This document shows positions 1-9,060 of a stretch of 64,000 nt of DNA, piece by piece; positions within the stretch are counted from its first letter, which is position 1; each line of letters begins with the position of its first letter. A program made the translations under genes and the position numbers. The stretch is from contig CAYQFS010000002.1 in the NCBI GenBank assembly GCA_964416985.1, forward strand, positions 57,155-121,154. The letters are read 5' to 3'. This stretch comes from an uncultured Candidatus Saccharibacteria bacterium (GTDB taxonomy: Bacteria > Patescibacteriota > Minisyncoccia > Phycocordibacterales > PALSA-1337). The notes below the pieces were generated by a model. The model had not been told where the DNA came from and made no database searches. It was given only the letters and a program-made list of their open reading frames with translations.

Positions 1-1649
1 CAGCGGTGCAGAAAGATCGAACATCAGTGCCGTTTGAAATGCAGAAATCTGCGACAGGAGGCATCGAAGTAAAAATGGGTGACAAATGGTATCGCCCAGA
101 AGAAATTTCTGCCATGATTCTTCAAAAGCTAAAGGCAGACGCCGAGGCTCGACTTGGGCAGCCGGTAACCGAGGCTGTAATCACTGTTCCAGCATACTTC
201 AACGATGCACAACGACAGGCAACAAAGGATGCGGGAAAGATCGCAGGACTCGATGTAAAGAGAATCATTAACGAGCCAACAGCTGCAGCCCTCGCCTATG
301 GATTCAACAAAAAGAAAGATGAAAAAATCGTAGTCTTTGACTTCGGAGGAGGAACATTTGATATTTCTGTTCTTGAAGTAGGTGATGATGTCGTCGAAGT
401 AAAATCAACCGACGGAGATGCTCATCTCGGAGGAAAGGATATTGACCAGAAAATTATCAATTGGCTCGCAGAAGAGTTTAAAAAACAGGAGGGGATCGAT
501 GTTCGAAAAGACGCACTTGCTCTTCAGAGACTCGATGAAGCTGCAGAGAAGGCAAAGATCGAACTCTCAACAGCAGTTCAGACAGAAGTAAATATTCCGT
601 TCCTTACATCAGGAGCTGATGGGCCAAAGCACCTCCTTGTCACAATGACTCGAGCAAAGCTCGAGGAGCTGACACGTGAATTCATTGATCAAGCTATGGC
701 CATTACGAAGAGAGCAATGGATGCCTCACCGTTCAAGATTGGAGACATCAATGAAGTCATTCTCGTGGGTGGACAGACGCGAATGCCCGCTATGCAAAAG
801 GCGGTGAAGGATTTCTTCGGAAAGGAACTCCACATGGGAGTTAACCCAGACGAAGTGGTTGCGGTTGGAGCTGCTATTCAGGGAGGTATTCTTGCGGGAG
901 ACGTTAAGGACGTTCTTCTCCTCGACGTCATTCCTCTATCTCTTGGTATCGAAACAATGGGAGGTGTTGCCACAAAACTTATTGAAAAAAATACAACAAT
1001 CCCAACACAGAAATCGCAGATCTTCTCGACTGCTGCTGACAACCAGACTTCGGTGGAAATTCACATTACTCAAGGAGAGCGGGCAATGTCAGCCGACAAT
1101 AAATCTCTTGGACGATTCATTCTCGACGGTATTGCTCCGGCTCCGCGAGGTGTACCGCAGGTTGAGGTAACGTTTGACATCGATGCAAACGGAATCCTAA
1201 ACGTCACCGCAAAGGACAAGGCGACAGGCAAGGCAAATAGCATCAAGATCACTGCTTCCTCAGGTCTCTCGAAAGATGAAGTTGAGAAAATGAAAAAAGA
1301 AGCTGAAATGCATGCTGCTGATGACGCAAAGAAGAAAGAGATGGTTGAGGCAAAGAATATCGCTGAGCAGCTCATTTACACCTCTGAAAAATCTTTGAAG
1401 GATGCTGGCGAAAAAGTTCCTGCAGATCTTCGTAAGTCTATCGAGGACAAAATTGCAGATGTAAAAACTGCTAAAGAAGGAACTGATCCAGTAAATCTCA
1501 AGAAAACAACAGAGGCACTCTCAAACGAGCTTTCAAAGATAGGTGAAATACTCTCAAAAGCTCAGGCACAGACACCACCAGGAGAGACGGGAGCGCAACC
1601 AGGGGCAGAAGGGGATGTAAAAGATGCGGAGTTTAAGGAGAAGAAGTAG
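1..1649 (+). CDS. dnaK: Molecular chaperone DnaK (Hsp70), C-terminal ~547 aa; 5' end cut by window edge
   Basis: Translation of the supplied ORF 6..1649 shows canonical Hsp70 blocks ([52 protein letters not shown]). It continues upstream of position 1, so the gene is 5'-partial. Confidence 0.95.
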   Translation, partial: AVQKDRTSVPFEMQKSATGGIEVKMGDKWYRPEEISAMILQKLKADAEARLGQPVTEAVITVPAYFNDAQRQATKDAGKIAGLDVKRIINEPTAAALAYGFNKKKDEKIVVFDFGGGTFDISVLEVGDDVVEVKSTDGDAHLGGKDIDQKIINWLAEEFKKQEGIDVRKDALALQRLDEAAEKAKIELSTAVQTEVNIPFLTSGADGPKHLLVTMTRAKLEELTREFIDQAMAITKRAMDASPFKIGDINEVILVGGQTRMPAMQKAVKDFFGKELHMGVNPDEVVAVGAAIQGGILAGDVKDVLLLDVIPLSLGIETMGGVATKLIEKNTTIPTQKSQIFSTAADNQTSVEIHITQGERAMSADNKSLGRFILDGIAPAPRGVPQVEVTFDIDANGILNVTAKDKATGKANSIKITASSGLSKDEVEKMKKEAEMHAADDAKKKEMVEAKNIAEQLIYTSEKSLKDAGEKVPADLRKSIEDKIADVKTAKEGTDPVNLKKTTEALSNELSKIGEILSKAQAQTPPGETGAQPGAEGDVKDAEFKEKK

Positions 1650-1725
1650 ATAAAAAAGACCCCCGTCAGCCTTCCTGAGTATTCAGCAGATGTTGCTGGT
1701 GCTCGGGAGGGTCAACGGGGGGTGA
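1650..1725. terminator. GC-rich hairpin (GACCCCCGT ... ACGGGGGGT) with an A-run on one side and, on the minus strand, a TTTTTTAT tail; bidirectional intrinsic terminator
   Basis: An inverted repeat sits directly after the dnaK stop and directly after the stop of the minus-strand 100-aa ORF. The minus-strand reading gives a stem followed by a T-run. Confidence 0.45.
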
Positions 1726-2028
1726 TTAAGTGAATGCAGCAGCACATCCAGAATAGATTGCGCGATGAATCTCTTCTTTATTCGGGTGCGTCACCTGAAT
1801 CTTAGATGGAACTGTTTCCACTCCAGAGCTGACAAGCACGACGATCGTGTTTGTCTCAGCCGCTTCGTGTGCGAACTCAACCGAGTCAGTCACTACAATG
1901 GTTGCTTCTTCAAGAAAGCGTCGCCCCGAATATTCGAGCCACGCATCAATCCCAGCACATATTGCCCGAAGTGTTCCAGGAATGAAAGAGTTGAGATGCA
2001 TCTGAATACTTACGTGTTCATGGTTCAT
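1726..2028 (-). CDS. Hypothetical protein (100 aa)
   Basis: Intact ORF between dnaK and dnaJ on the opposite strand. It is followed in the minus direction by the terminator hairpin. No family recognised. Confidence 0.4.
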   Translation of the reverse strand: MNHEHVSIQMHLNSFIPGTLRAICAGIDAWLEYSGRRFLEEATIVVTDSVEFAHEAAETNTIVVLVSSGVETVPSKIQVTHPNKEEIHRAIYSGCAAAFT

Positions 2029-2040
2029 AATAATTACCTT

Positions 2041-2256
2041 TTAAGGGACACCGGAAATTACTGCTCCGAGAAGAAATAAAACTGCTCCCAAGACTACTCC
2101 CCAAAACAAAATCAGAAACTGGCAGGTGCCACTCCTAATCTTAATGAAGAGAGGGGAACAGAAGGAGATAAGAGCTAGCACTCCTCCTGTTAATGCAAGT
2201 AATAGACCGAACGTGGGGAACATATTGAGGCTTCCTTTCAAGAGCCAGAGCAACAT
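2041..2256 (-). CDS. Small hydrophobic membrane protein (71 aa, about 2 TM helices)
   Basis: ORF is almost entirely hydrophobic (LLLALTGGVLALISF..., ILFWGVVLGAVLFLLGAVISG). It sits 12 nt upstream of the 100-aa ORF on the same strand. Confidence 0.4.
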   Translation of the reverse strand: MLLWLLKGSLNMFPTFGLLLALTGGVLALISFCSPLFIKIRSGTCQFLILFWGVVLGAVLFLLGAVISGVP

Positions 2257-2339
2257 TAGTTAATAGAGCTGTTATCAGCAAAGCACCATGCCTTGCGTTA
2301 TTACTAAAAATAGAGTAACATAATCCTCATTAAACGTCA

Positions 2340-3212
2340 ATGAAAGACTATTACAAAATCCTCGGGGTTGAAAAAGGCGCGTCAAAGGACGATATTAAAA
2401 AAGCCTTTCGAAAACTGGCCCACGAACATCACCCTGATAAGACAAAAGGAAACGAAGCATCATCAAAAATCTTCAAAGAAGCGAGTGAGGCGTATTCAGT
2501 GCTATCTGATGATGCAAAACGTCAGCAGTACGACACCTTCGGTTCAGCTGGAGCAGGAGCAGGATTTAATCCAAACCAGGGAGGCTTCGGAGGACAAGGA
2601 TTCGGAGGATTTGATTTCTCGCAGTTCACACGACAGGGAGGCAATGGGCAGGCATTCGAATTTGACCTCGGAGATATTTTTGGGGAATTCTTCGGAGGAG
2701 GGCGCCGACCACGGAGAGGAGCAAACATTACCGTTGATGTGCAGCTTTCGTTCAAAGACTCAATTTTTGGAATTGAAAAAGAAATTTCAATTCACAAGGA
2801 AAAACTTTCGGTCACCATTCCACCAGGAATTGAAAACGGGCAAGGACTTCGGGTACAGGGAAAGGGAGAAGATGGTCCAGGAGGAAAAGGGGATCTCATC
2901 GTTCGCATCTGGGTACAAGAACACAAAACCTTCCGCAAGGAGGGCTACAACCTTGTCATGGAATTACCTTTGAAACTCACAACGGCACTTCTTGGAAATA
3001 CAATTGAGATAGAGACGCTTGAAGGAAAAATTGAAATGAAAATTCCTGCAGGAACAACTCACAATGAAATACTTCGTGTTAAAGGGAAGGGAGTTCCGGC
3101 AGAACATGGAAGGAGAGGTGATCTGCTCATAGTCACAAAAGTGGAAATGCCAAAGAAACTTTCAAAGCAGGCACAAAAGTTAGTGGAGGATTTGAGGAAG
3201 GAGGGGTTATAG
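2340..3212 (+). CDS. dnaJ: J-domain co-chaperone, DnaJ/CbpA type II (J domain, G/F-rich linker, no CxxCxGxG zinc-finger domain)
   Basis: N-terminal KDYYKILGV...HPDK J domain, then a Gly/Phe-rich region and C-terminal substrate-binding repeats. No cysteine repeats are present. Confidence 0.85.
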   Translation: MKDYYKILGVEKGASKDDIKKAFRKLAHEHHPDKTKGNEASSKIFKEASEAYSVLSDDAKRQQYDTFGSAGAGAGFNPNQGGFGGQGFGGFDFSQFTRQGGNGQAFEFDLGDIFGEFFGGGRRPRRGANITVDVQLSFKDSIFGIEKEISIHKEKLSVTIPPGIENGQGLRVQGKGEDGPGGKGDLIVRIWVQEHKTFRKEGYNLVMELPLKLTTALLGNTIEIETLEGKIEMKIPAGTTHNEILRVKGKGVPAEHGRRGDLLIVTKVEMPKKLSKQAQKLVEDLRKEGL

Positions 3213-3252
3213 GAGGGTTACAACAAGCTCGAAAACAGCTCCACGACACGAC

Positions 3253-3281
3253 TTGACAATTCTGTCAATTGTGCTATGCTA
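3253..3281 (+). promoter_or_regulatory. Sigma-70-like promoter TTGACA-N16-TGcTATGCT
   Basis: TTGACA at 3253, then a 16-nt spacer and an extended -10 TGCTATGCT. It lies about 45 nt upstream of the ATG at 3329. The -10 shares the TGCTAT core with the promoters at 8494 and 17116. Confidence 0.4.
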
Positions 3282-3328
3282 TTGGAGTCAGCAGTACATT
3301 GTCGTTTAACCTTAACCAAAGGCAAATA

Positions 3329-3595
3329 ATGAAACAGCCAAGTCTGACGGTAGGCTTAGAGGAAACCCTGGAGCTCCTCGCGATCTACCTTCCTGAAGTA
3401 CATCCCATAACTGTTGTTGTCGGACGGATAAATGAAGATACTGTCACGGGCGTACTTGCTGGTATCAACGCTACCCATGTAATCGTCGAAAATGACGAAA
3501 TTGAGGCACCGATACATATCGCACGAAGTACAATCAAGACGATCAATCATTCACCAATCCCGACAGTACGACTCCACGAGATGGTGGTGGCATAA
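3329..3595 (+). CDS. Small hypothetical protein (88 aa), possibly Lsm/DUF2642-like
   Basis: Internal Met of ORF 3269..3595, preceded by AAAGG 7 nt upstream, one of the few SD-like sites in the window. The pattern VVVGRINEDTVTGVLAGINATHVIVEND resembles small Lsm-like DUF2642 proteins. This is from memory, not verified. Confidence 0.4.
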   Translation: MKQPSLTVGLEETLELLAIYLPEVHPITVVVGRINEDTVTGVLAGINATHVIVENDEIEAPIHIARSTIKTINHSPIPTVRLHEMVVA

Positions 3596-3686
3596 AGCCA
3601 ATCCACCAAGGGCAAACGCCGGCAAGCAATTCACATTAGCTTGTCGGCGCCTTTTATTTTGCCCATTTTCTGCTATCATACATATC

Positions 3687-4637
3687 ATGTCAAAAAAGAT
3701 ATCACTCTCTGGTATACAACCAAGCGGCAGACCTCATATAGGTAACTATTTTGGAGCAATGAAACAGTGGGTAGACTTTCAGAATGAGGGTTATGAATGC
3801 TACTACATGATTGTTGACTATCATGCTCTTAATACAATTCAAAACGGAAAAGAAATGAAGGAAAACATCTTGAATCTCATCATTGATTTGATGGCCATCG
3901 GTCTTGATCCAAAGAAGTGCATCCTTTTCAAACAGTCCGATATTTCAGCACACACTGAACTCGCTTGGATTCTTGAAACAATTACAACTATGCCATACCT
4001 TATGCGAGCACACGCTTTTAAAGATGCGGAGGCAAAGAACAAAGAGATTAGTGCAGGAAAGTTTCTATACCCACTCCTTATGGCAGCAGATATTCTTCTA
4101 TATGATGTCGACGTGGTTCCAGTAGGGCAAGATCAAAAGCAGCATGTAGAATACGCACGAGATACAGCTCAAAAATTTAATACTATTTTTGGAGAGACTT
4201 TTAAACTGCCCGAAGATTACATCATGAAGAGTGTCGCCATCGTCCCCGGAACTGACGGTCAAAAGATGTCAAAGAGTTACAATAACACCATTCCTCTTTT
4301 TGCCACCCGAGATGAAATTACAAAAGGCGTGATGAGCATTGTTACAGATTCAGGTTCAGATGTACCTACAAATGTTTACAATATCCACAGGCTTCTCAAA
4401 TCAGAGGCCGAGCTTAAACCTCTTTACGACGCAAACAAAGGAAAATACAAGGCACTCAAAGAAGCTTTGATTGAGGATCTTGAAGCATTCATTAAGCCAC
4501 TCCGTGAAAAAAGAGAGAAGCTCGCCCAGGATATTCCGGCAGTTTTGGAGGTCTTGAAGGGAGGTGCAGAGAAAGCCAAAATAAAGGCGGACAAAAAACT
4601 GGCTGAGGTGAAGAAAGTAATAGGGGTTGGCTTTTAA
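3687..4637 (+). CDS. trpS: Tryptophanyl-tRNA synthetase (class I; HIGH-like PHIGN and KMSKS motifs)
   Basis: MSKKISLSGIQPSGRPHIGNYFGA ... GQKMSKSYNN. The start is the internal Met of ORF 3492..4637. TATCAT lies 7 nt upstream of the ATG. Confidence 0.92.
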   Translation: MSKKISLSGIQPSGRPHIGNYFGAMKQWVDFQNEGYECYYMIVDYHALNTIQNGKEMKENILNLIIDLMAIGLDPKKCILFKQSDISAHTELAWILETITTMPYLMRAHAFKDAEAKNKEISAGKFLYPLLMAADILLYDVDVVPVGQDQKQHVEYARDTAQKFNTIFGETFKLPEDYIMKSVAIVPGTDGQKMSKSYNNTIPLFATRDEITKGVMSIVTDSGSDVPTNVYNIHRLLKSEAELKPLYDANKGKYKALKEALIEDLEAFIKPLREKREKLAQDIPAVLEVLKGGAEKAKIKADKKLAEVKKVIGVGF

Positions 4638-4647
4638 TTACAAATAT

Positions 4648-6045
4648 ATGGAACGAACATACATCAAAGATTTGAAAGGGCAGGCAGGCAAGGAAGTCTC
4701 AATTTCGGGATGGATTGATATTCGACGTGACCAAGGAAAAATGGTTTTCTTTGACTTTCGAGACATGACAGGAAAAGTGCAGGGCGTGGTGCTCCCAAGC
4801 CAGACTGCCGCTCTCGAAGTTGCAAAAACTCTCCGACCAGAGTGGGTGGTTAGCGTCAAAGGAAAGGTCAATGCTCGGCCAGAAAAAAATATTCAAAAAG
4901 ATAAATTGAACGGAGACATCGAACTTGAGGTGTTTTCGATCTCAGTTTTAAATGAAGCTACAACACCGCCACTTGATGTCACTTCAGATGGAAAAGAAAT
5001 TGGGGAAGAGGTGAGACTCAAGTACCGTTACCTCGACCTTCGACGTCCTCGACTCCAAAAGAACGTCCGAAATCGCCACAAAGTTATCAAACTCATTAGA
5101 GACAATCTCGATGAAAAGGGCTTTATCGAAGTTGAGACTCCGCTTTTGAGCAAGTCTACTCCCGAAGGTTCTCGTGACTTCGTGGTGCCTTCACGTCTTG
5201 GAAAAGGAACTTTTTACGCGCTTCCACAATCCCCTCAGCAATACAAACAGCTCCTCATGACTGCTGGAATCGAAAAATATTTCCAGATTGCCCGATGCAT
5301 GCGAGACGAAGACACCCGCGGAGACCGCCAGCCCGAATTTACCCAGCTCGATCTCGAAATGAGTTTTCCGACTCAGGAAGATGTCATTCAATTAAATGAA
5401 GAGATGCTCATCAAACTTGTCAAAACTATCTACCCTGAAAAAAGAATTCAGAGCATTCCATTTCCTCGACTTACCTATGCCGAGGCAATGACAAAGTACA
5501 ATTCTGACAAGCCTGATATCCGGGAAAACAAAGAAGATCCAAATCTTCTCGCCTTTTGCTGGGTAATTGATTTTCCAATGTTTGAAAAAACTGACACTGG
5601 TGCGTGGACATTTACCCACAACCCTTTCTCAGGAGTTCAGGCACAACATGAGGCAGATCTCATGACTGCTAAAAATATCGAAAAGATTCTTGCCGTCCAA
5701 TACGACATTACTCTGAACGGTCATGAAATCGGAGGTGGAAGTGTGCGAAATCACAAACCCGAAGCTCTAAAAAAAGTTTTCCAGATCATGGGGTACTCCG
5801 ATGAACGCATCGAGGCAAACTTTGGTCACATGTTGAAGGCTCTTGGCTCAGGAACACCTCCACACGGAGGAATTGCATGGGGACTCGATCGACTGATGAT
5901 GATACTCGAAAATGAGCCAAACATCCGGGAGGTGATAGCATTTGCAAAGACGGGAGAAGGAAGAGATTTGATGATGGAGTCACCGTCAAGCATAAGTGAG
6001 GAGCAGTTGGAGGAGTTGGGGATAGAGGTAAAAGGGGAGGAGTAA
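4648..6045 (+). CDS. aspS: Aspartyl-tRNA synthetase, bacterial type but lacking the GAD insertion domain (about 466 aa)
   Basis: OB-fold N-terminus, then class II motifs (FYALPQSPQQYKQLLM, QIARCMRDEDTRGDRQPEFTQLDLEMSF, GGGSVRNH, GLDRLMM). An alternative TTG start at 4627 would overlap the trpS stop. Confidence 0.9.
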   Translation: MERTYIKDLKGQAGKEVSISGWIDIRRDQGKMVFFDFRDMTGKVQGVVLPSQTAALEVAKTLRPEWVVSVKGKVNARPEKNIQKDKLNGDIELEVFSISVLNEATTPPLDVTSDGKEIGEEVRLKYRYLDLRRPRLQKNVRNRHKVIKLIRDNLDEKGFIEVETPLLSKSTPEGSRDFVVPSRLGKGTFYALPQSPQQYKQLLMTAGIEKYFQIARCMRDEDTRGDRQPEFTQLDLEMSFPTQEDVIQLNEEMLIKLVKTIYPEKRIQSIPFPRLTYAEAMTKYNSDKPDIRENKEDPNLLAFCWVIDFPMFEKTDTGAWTFTHNPFSGVQAQHEADLMTAKNIEKILAVQYDITLNGHEIGGGSVRNHKPEALKKVFQIMGYSDERIEANFGHMLKALGSGTPPHGGIAWGLDRLMMILENEPNIREVIAFAKTGEGRDLMMESPSSISEEQLEELGIEVKGEE

Positions 6046-6071
6046 AAGGAAAGTGGTAAAATATCCTCATT

Positions 6072-6950
6072 ATGAAAACCTCGCTTAAGCGCATTACGAC
6101 AAAAGACAACATCGAGCTTGTTGGTCTTCTTCATGAGCCAGATACTGGTTCAGATACTGTTCTCGTGCATGTACACGGAATGGCAGGTAATTTTTATGAG
6201 AATAAGTTTCTTGATAACATTGCCGAAACTCTTACAAACTCTGGAATTGCTTTTTTTGCTTTTAATAATAGGGGATGTGAAAGTATCAAGGATCTTACTG
6301 CTACAGTTGACGGAAAAAAGAAATTCGTAAAAGTTGGAAATGCGTATGAAAAGTTCGAGGACTGCCTTTTAGATATTGGCGCTGCCATAGATGCAGTTTC
6401 AACTTGGGGTTTTTCCAAGATACATTTATCAGGCCACAGCCTTGGTAGCCCAAAAGTTTCCTATTATCTAGCAACTACAGCAGATAGTCGAGTAAATTCA
6501 GTTCTCCTATTGTCACCTTCAGATATGCTCGGCTTAGTTCGTAGTGATTCAGAAAGATTTAAAAAAGATATCAAGGAAGCAACTGACAAAGTTACTTCAG
6601 GAAGGGGAAATGAACTTCTCTCAACTCAAGTCTGGGATGAGTATCCTATAAGTGGAGCAACTTATCTAAGTTTATTTGGAGATGATTCTCCTGTTGCTGT
6701 GTTTAATTTTCATAAGCCCTCAGACAGGCTTGAAACTCTAGGCAAAATACACCAGCCACTCATAGTTATCATGGGTCGAAAAGATGATTCTCTTGTGGTG
6801 TCTATAGAAGAGACAATGGAAAGAATTACTAATGCCTGCACAAAAAGTCCACACGTAGAAACAGTAATACTTGGAGATGCAAATCATGGATATTTTGGAG
6901 ATGAACAGGCATTGGCTGATGCAATTAAGATATGGATTCTAAAAATATGA
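6072..6950 (+). CDS. Alpha/beta-hydrolase fold protein (GHSLG nucleophile elbow)
   Basis: HVHGMAGNFYEN ... HLSGHSLGSPKVSYY ... GDANHGYFGDE, consistent with a Ser/Asp/His hydrolase. There is no signal peptide. Confidence 0.75.
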   Translation: MKTSLKRITTKDNIELVGLLHEPDTGSDTVLVHVHGMAGNFYENKFLDNIAETLTNSGIAFFAFNNRGCESIKDLTATVDGKKKFVKVGNAYEKFEDCLLDIGAAIDAVSTWGFSKIHLSGHSLGSPKVSYYLATTADSRVNSVLLLSPSDMLGLVRSDSERFKKDIKEATDKVTSGRGNELLSTQVWDEYPISGATYLSLFGDDSPVAVFNFHKPSDRLETLGKIHQPLIVIMGRKDDSLVVSIEETMERITNACTKSPHVETVILGDANHGYFGDEQALADAIKIWILKI

Positions 6951-7825
6951 CCTACCCAATTGCTACAGTAAAAACAAAAGACGGTATCTGGCTGCATGGA
7001 CTTTTTTTGGACGTGGAAAAAGGTAAGACCGTTCTAATTAATATACATGGTACGGCAAGTAATTTCTACGAAGAGCATTTTATAGAAGTAATATCTAAAG
7101 TTTTTCCTGAAAAAGGCATCTCTGTACTTTCCACGAATAATAGAGGAACTGGCGTATATGACGCTTATCAGAAAACAGGTGCTGCTGTAGAAAAATTTGA
7201 AGAGTGTATTCTCGATATAAATGCCTGGATTGAACTTGTTCTTTCTAGGGGATATGAGAAGATTATTCTTTCTGGGCATAGTCTCGGAACTGAAAAGGTT
7301 GTCTACTACATGAGCAAAGGCACTTATGCTGATAAAATTTCAGGCCTTATTCTTTTTGCTCCCGCAGATTCTTATGGATCACACAGAACCCTGAATGGAA
7401 AAGATAATACGAAAATTAGGGAAAAAATAGAGGAGCTTCTTACAATATCAGAGCATATGGTAGAAAGAGGGCAAGGGGACGTCTTTCTTGCTAAAGATAC
7501 TTATGGTTCTCATACTGGAATTATGCCCAAAAGTGCTGAATCTCTAGTCAATTTTCTTGGCCGAAATTCAAAGGTTCTTGAAGGATTGCCTTTCGTCACC
7601 AGAAAACTAAAATCCTACAGTGAAATCAAAATTCCAATTTTTGTTGCAATTGGAGACAAGGAAGAATACACAGGGTTGACGGTCGTTGAGGCATTGGATC
7701 TCATGAAAAAGGAAAACTCACTCACTGAGATTACTCAATTCAAAAATTGTGATCATGATTTCCAAGGTTGTGAGAAAGAATTAACACAATCTGTACTTTC
7801 TTTCATCAAAAAACATGGATTCTAA
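6932..7825 (+). CDS. Alpha/beta-hydrolase fold protein, tandem paralog of the preceding gene
   Basis: INIHGTASNFYEE ... ILSGHSLGTEKVVYY ... NCDHDFQGCE. Architecture is collinear with the upstream hydrolase. Its start overlaps the upstream stop within the 14-mer ATGGATTCTAAAAA. Confidence 0.75.
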   Translation: MDSKNMTYPIATVKTKDGIWLHGLFLDVEKGKTVLINIHGTASNFYEEHFIEVISKVFPEKGISVLSTNNRGTGVYDAYQKTGAAVEKFEECILDINAWIELVLSRGYEKIILSGHSLGTEKVVYYMSKGTYADKISGLILFAPADSYGSHRTLNGKDNTKIREKIEELLTISEHMVERGQGDVFLAKDTYGSHTGIMPKSAESLVNFLGRNSKVLEGLPFVTRKLKSYSEIKIPIFVAIGDKEEYTGLTVVEALDLMKKENSLTEITQFKNCDHDFQGCEKELTQSVLSFIKKHGF

Positions 7826-8138
7826 AAACGTAAAACTTGTCGTCACTGTTCCTGAATCTCATTGCGACATTGTTCGTGAAGCAATCGGAAAGGCGTGCGG
7901 AGGTAAAATTGGTAATTACAGCCACTGTTCTTTTTCTGTGAAGGGAATTGGACGATTCACACCCGAAAAGGGTGCAGAACCACATATTGGAAAAGTTGGA
8001 ACATTGGAAGAGGTAACAGAAGAAAGAATAGAAGTAACCTGCACTCGAGAAAAATTACAGAAGATAATTAAGGCAATAAAAAAGGTGCATCCGTATGAGG
8101 AAGTAGCTTTGGATGTTTATTCATTAGAAAAAATTTAA
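7815..8138 (+). CDS. Standalone NIF3-family PII-like insert domain protein (107 aa)
   Basis: VTVPESHCDIVREAIGKACGGKIGNYSHCSFSVKGIGRFTP ... HPYEEVALDVYSLE resembles the inserted PII-like domain of YqfO/NIF3 proteins, as recalled from memory. It starts with the same 14-mer ATGGATTCTAAAAA as the preceding gene. Confidence 0.55.
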   Translation: MDSKNVKLVVTVPESHCDIVREAIGKACGGKIGNYSHCSFSVKGIGRFTPEKGAEPHIGKVGTLEEVTEERIEVTCTREKLQKIIKAIKKVHPYEEVALDVYSLEKI

Positions 8139-8142
8139 ATTT

Positions 8143-8478
8143 ATGGCAACTATAGAAGATTTTCAGAAGTTAGATATTAGAACAGGAAAAATTATTGAAG
8201 TAAATGATTTCCCAGAAGCAAAGAAACCGGCATACAAACTGAGGATTGATTTTGGTCCTGAAATCGGAATCAAAAATTCTTCAGTCCAGATCGTTGCTCT
8301 ATATAAAAAAGAAGAACTCATTGGAAAATTAGTTCTTGGCGTGGTTAATTTTCCCCCTCGAAAAATAGGTCCATTTGAATCAGAAGTACTCACTCTTGGG
8401 GTACCTGACGGAGAAGGTAAGGTAATACTTATAACACCTAGTAAGGAAGGCGCCATGATTGGAGGAAAATTATTCTAG
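8143..8478 (+). CDS. csaA: tRNA-binding domain protein (CsaA / Trbp111 / MetRS C-terminal-like OB fold)
   Basis: MATIEDFQKLDIRTGKIIEVNDFPEAKKPAYKLRIDFG is typical of Myf-domain tRNA-binding proteins. Confidence 0.8.
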   Translation: MATIEDFQKLDIRTGKIIEVNDFPEAKKPAYKLRIDFGPEIGIKNSSVQIVALYKKEELIGKLVLGVVNFPPRKIGPFESEVLTLGVPDGEGKVILITPSKEGAMIGGKLF

Positions 8479-8493
8479 GTACAAATATAGCCC

Positions 8494-8521
8494 TTGACAC
8501 TTCCTCCCTCCATGCTATAGT
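8494..8521 (+). promoter_or_regulatory. Promoter TTGACA-N16-TGcTATAGT (extended -10)
   Basis: TTGACA at 8494-8499, a CT-rich spacer, then TGCTATAGT at 8513-8521. The -10 decamer is identical (ATGCTATAGT) to the promoter at 17135-17144. Confidence 0.5.
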
Positions 8522-8527
8522 AACCCC

Positions 8528-9022
8528 CAGAAACGAGCGGGGTTACCTCAATGGAGGTTGACTCTAATCGCTCAACAAACAAAAGCACAGACATGTACTC
8601 ATGAGCAAAAAAAGTGGAGTCCATCAAGCAGAAATCATTGAATTCGATGGCCGGTGCGGTACGGCACGCGTCACTGACCTCGATAACCGGATTGTAAAAA
8701 TCCATCGGAAATTCATGAGACATATCAGGGGTTCATGGATCTCTGACGAAGCATACCGGGGTGATACACAATTACTAATCGGCTCGAGACTTCAGATCGT
8801 TCTCATCATCGGCCACAGTGGGTGGGCGCGCGTATGGGGACTGAGTGCTGACTACCAGCCATCGGAGGCAGCAAAGCGCATAAAATCTCACTCAAATCGT
8901 GTGGCGCCATGGCACCAGACTCGGCAATCTCAATGTGTCGGAATGCGAGCCTAGGCAGAAAAATCTAATCACCAAAACCTTTTCAGGGACTGGGAGTCAC
9001 GCACTCCTGGTCCCGGTTTTTT
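8528..9022 (+). ncRNA. Candidate large structured ncRNA (about 495 nt), possibly RNase P RNA (rnpB); identity unverified
   Basis: A 580-bp interval between csaA and scpA with no convincing CDS, and local GC well above the genome background. It has its own promoter and a terminal hairpin plus U-run. Several short matches to bacterial RNase P RNA occur in the same order as in E. coli M1 RNA: TCCATCAAGCAG vs UCCAUAGGGCAG, GATGGCC, GGTGCGGTA, GGGGTTCAT, and CAGACTCGGCAATC vs CAGAACCCGGCUUAUC. The P5.1-P9 region would have to be much reduced. Confidence 0.45.
8985..9022 (+). terminator. Intrinsic terminator (GGGACTGGGAGT / ACTCCTGGTCCC stem with two G-U pairs, then a T7 run)
   Basis: The hairpin is immediately followed by GGTTTTTTT. 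It lies 40 nt upstream of the scpA promoter. Confidence 0.6.
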
Positions 9023-9060
9023 TATTACCCATTCCCTCATATTTTTGGTATACTTACCAC

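Noticed and set aside
8601-8954. 117-aa plus-strand ORF (and the 82-aa minus ORF at 8475..8723) inside the csaA-scpA gap
   Set aside because: Arg/Trp-rich composition, no RBS or -10 at an appropriate distance, and embedded in a GC-rich segment framed by a promoter and terminator. Best explained as a spurious ORF over a structured RNA gene.
8528-9022. tmRNA (ssrA) as identity of the large ncRNA
   Set aside because: No tRNA-like 3' end (no GGTTCGAATCC-type T-arm, no acceptor-pairing 5' GGGG / 3' CCA context). No tag-peptide reading frame ending in an Ala-Ala stop.
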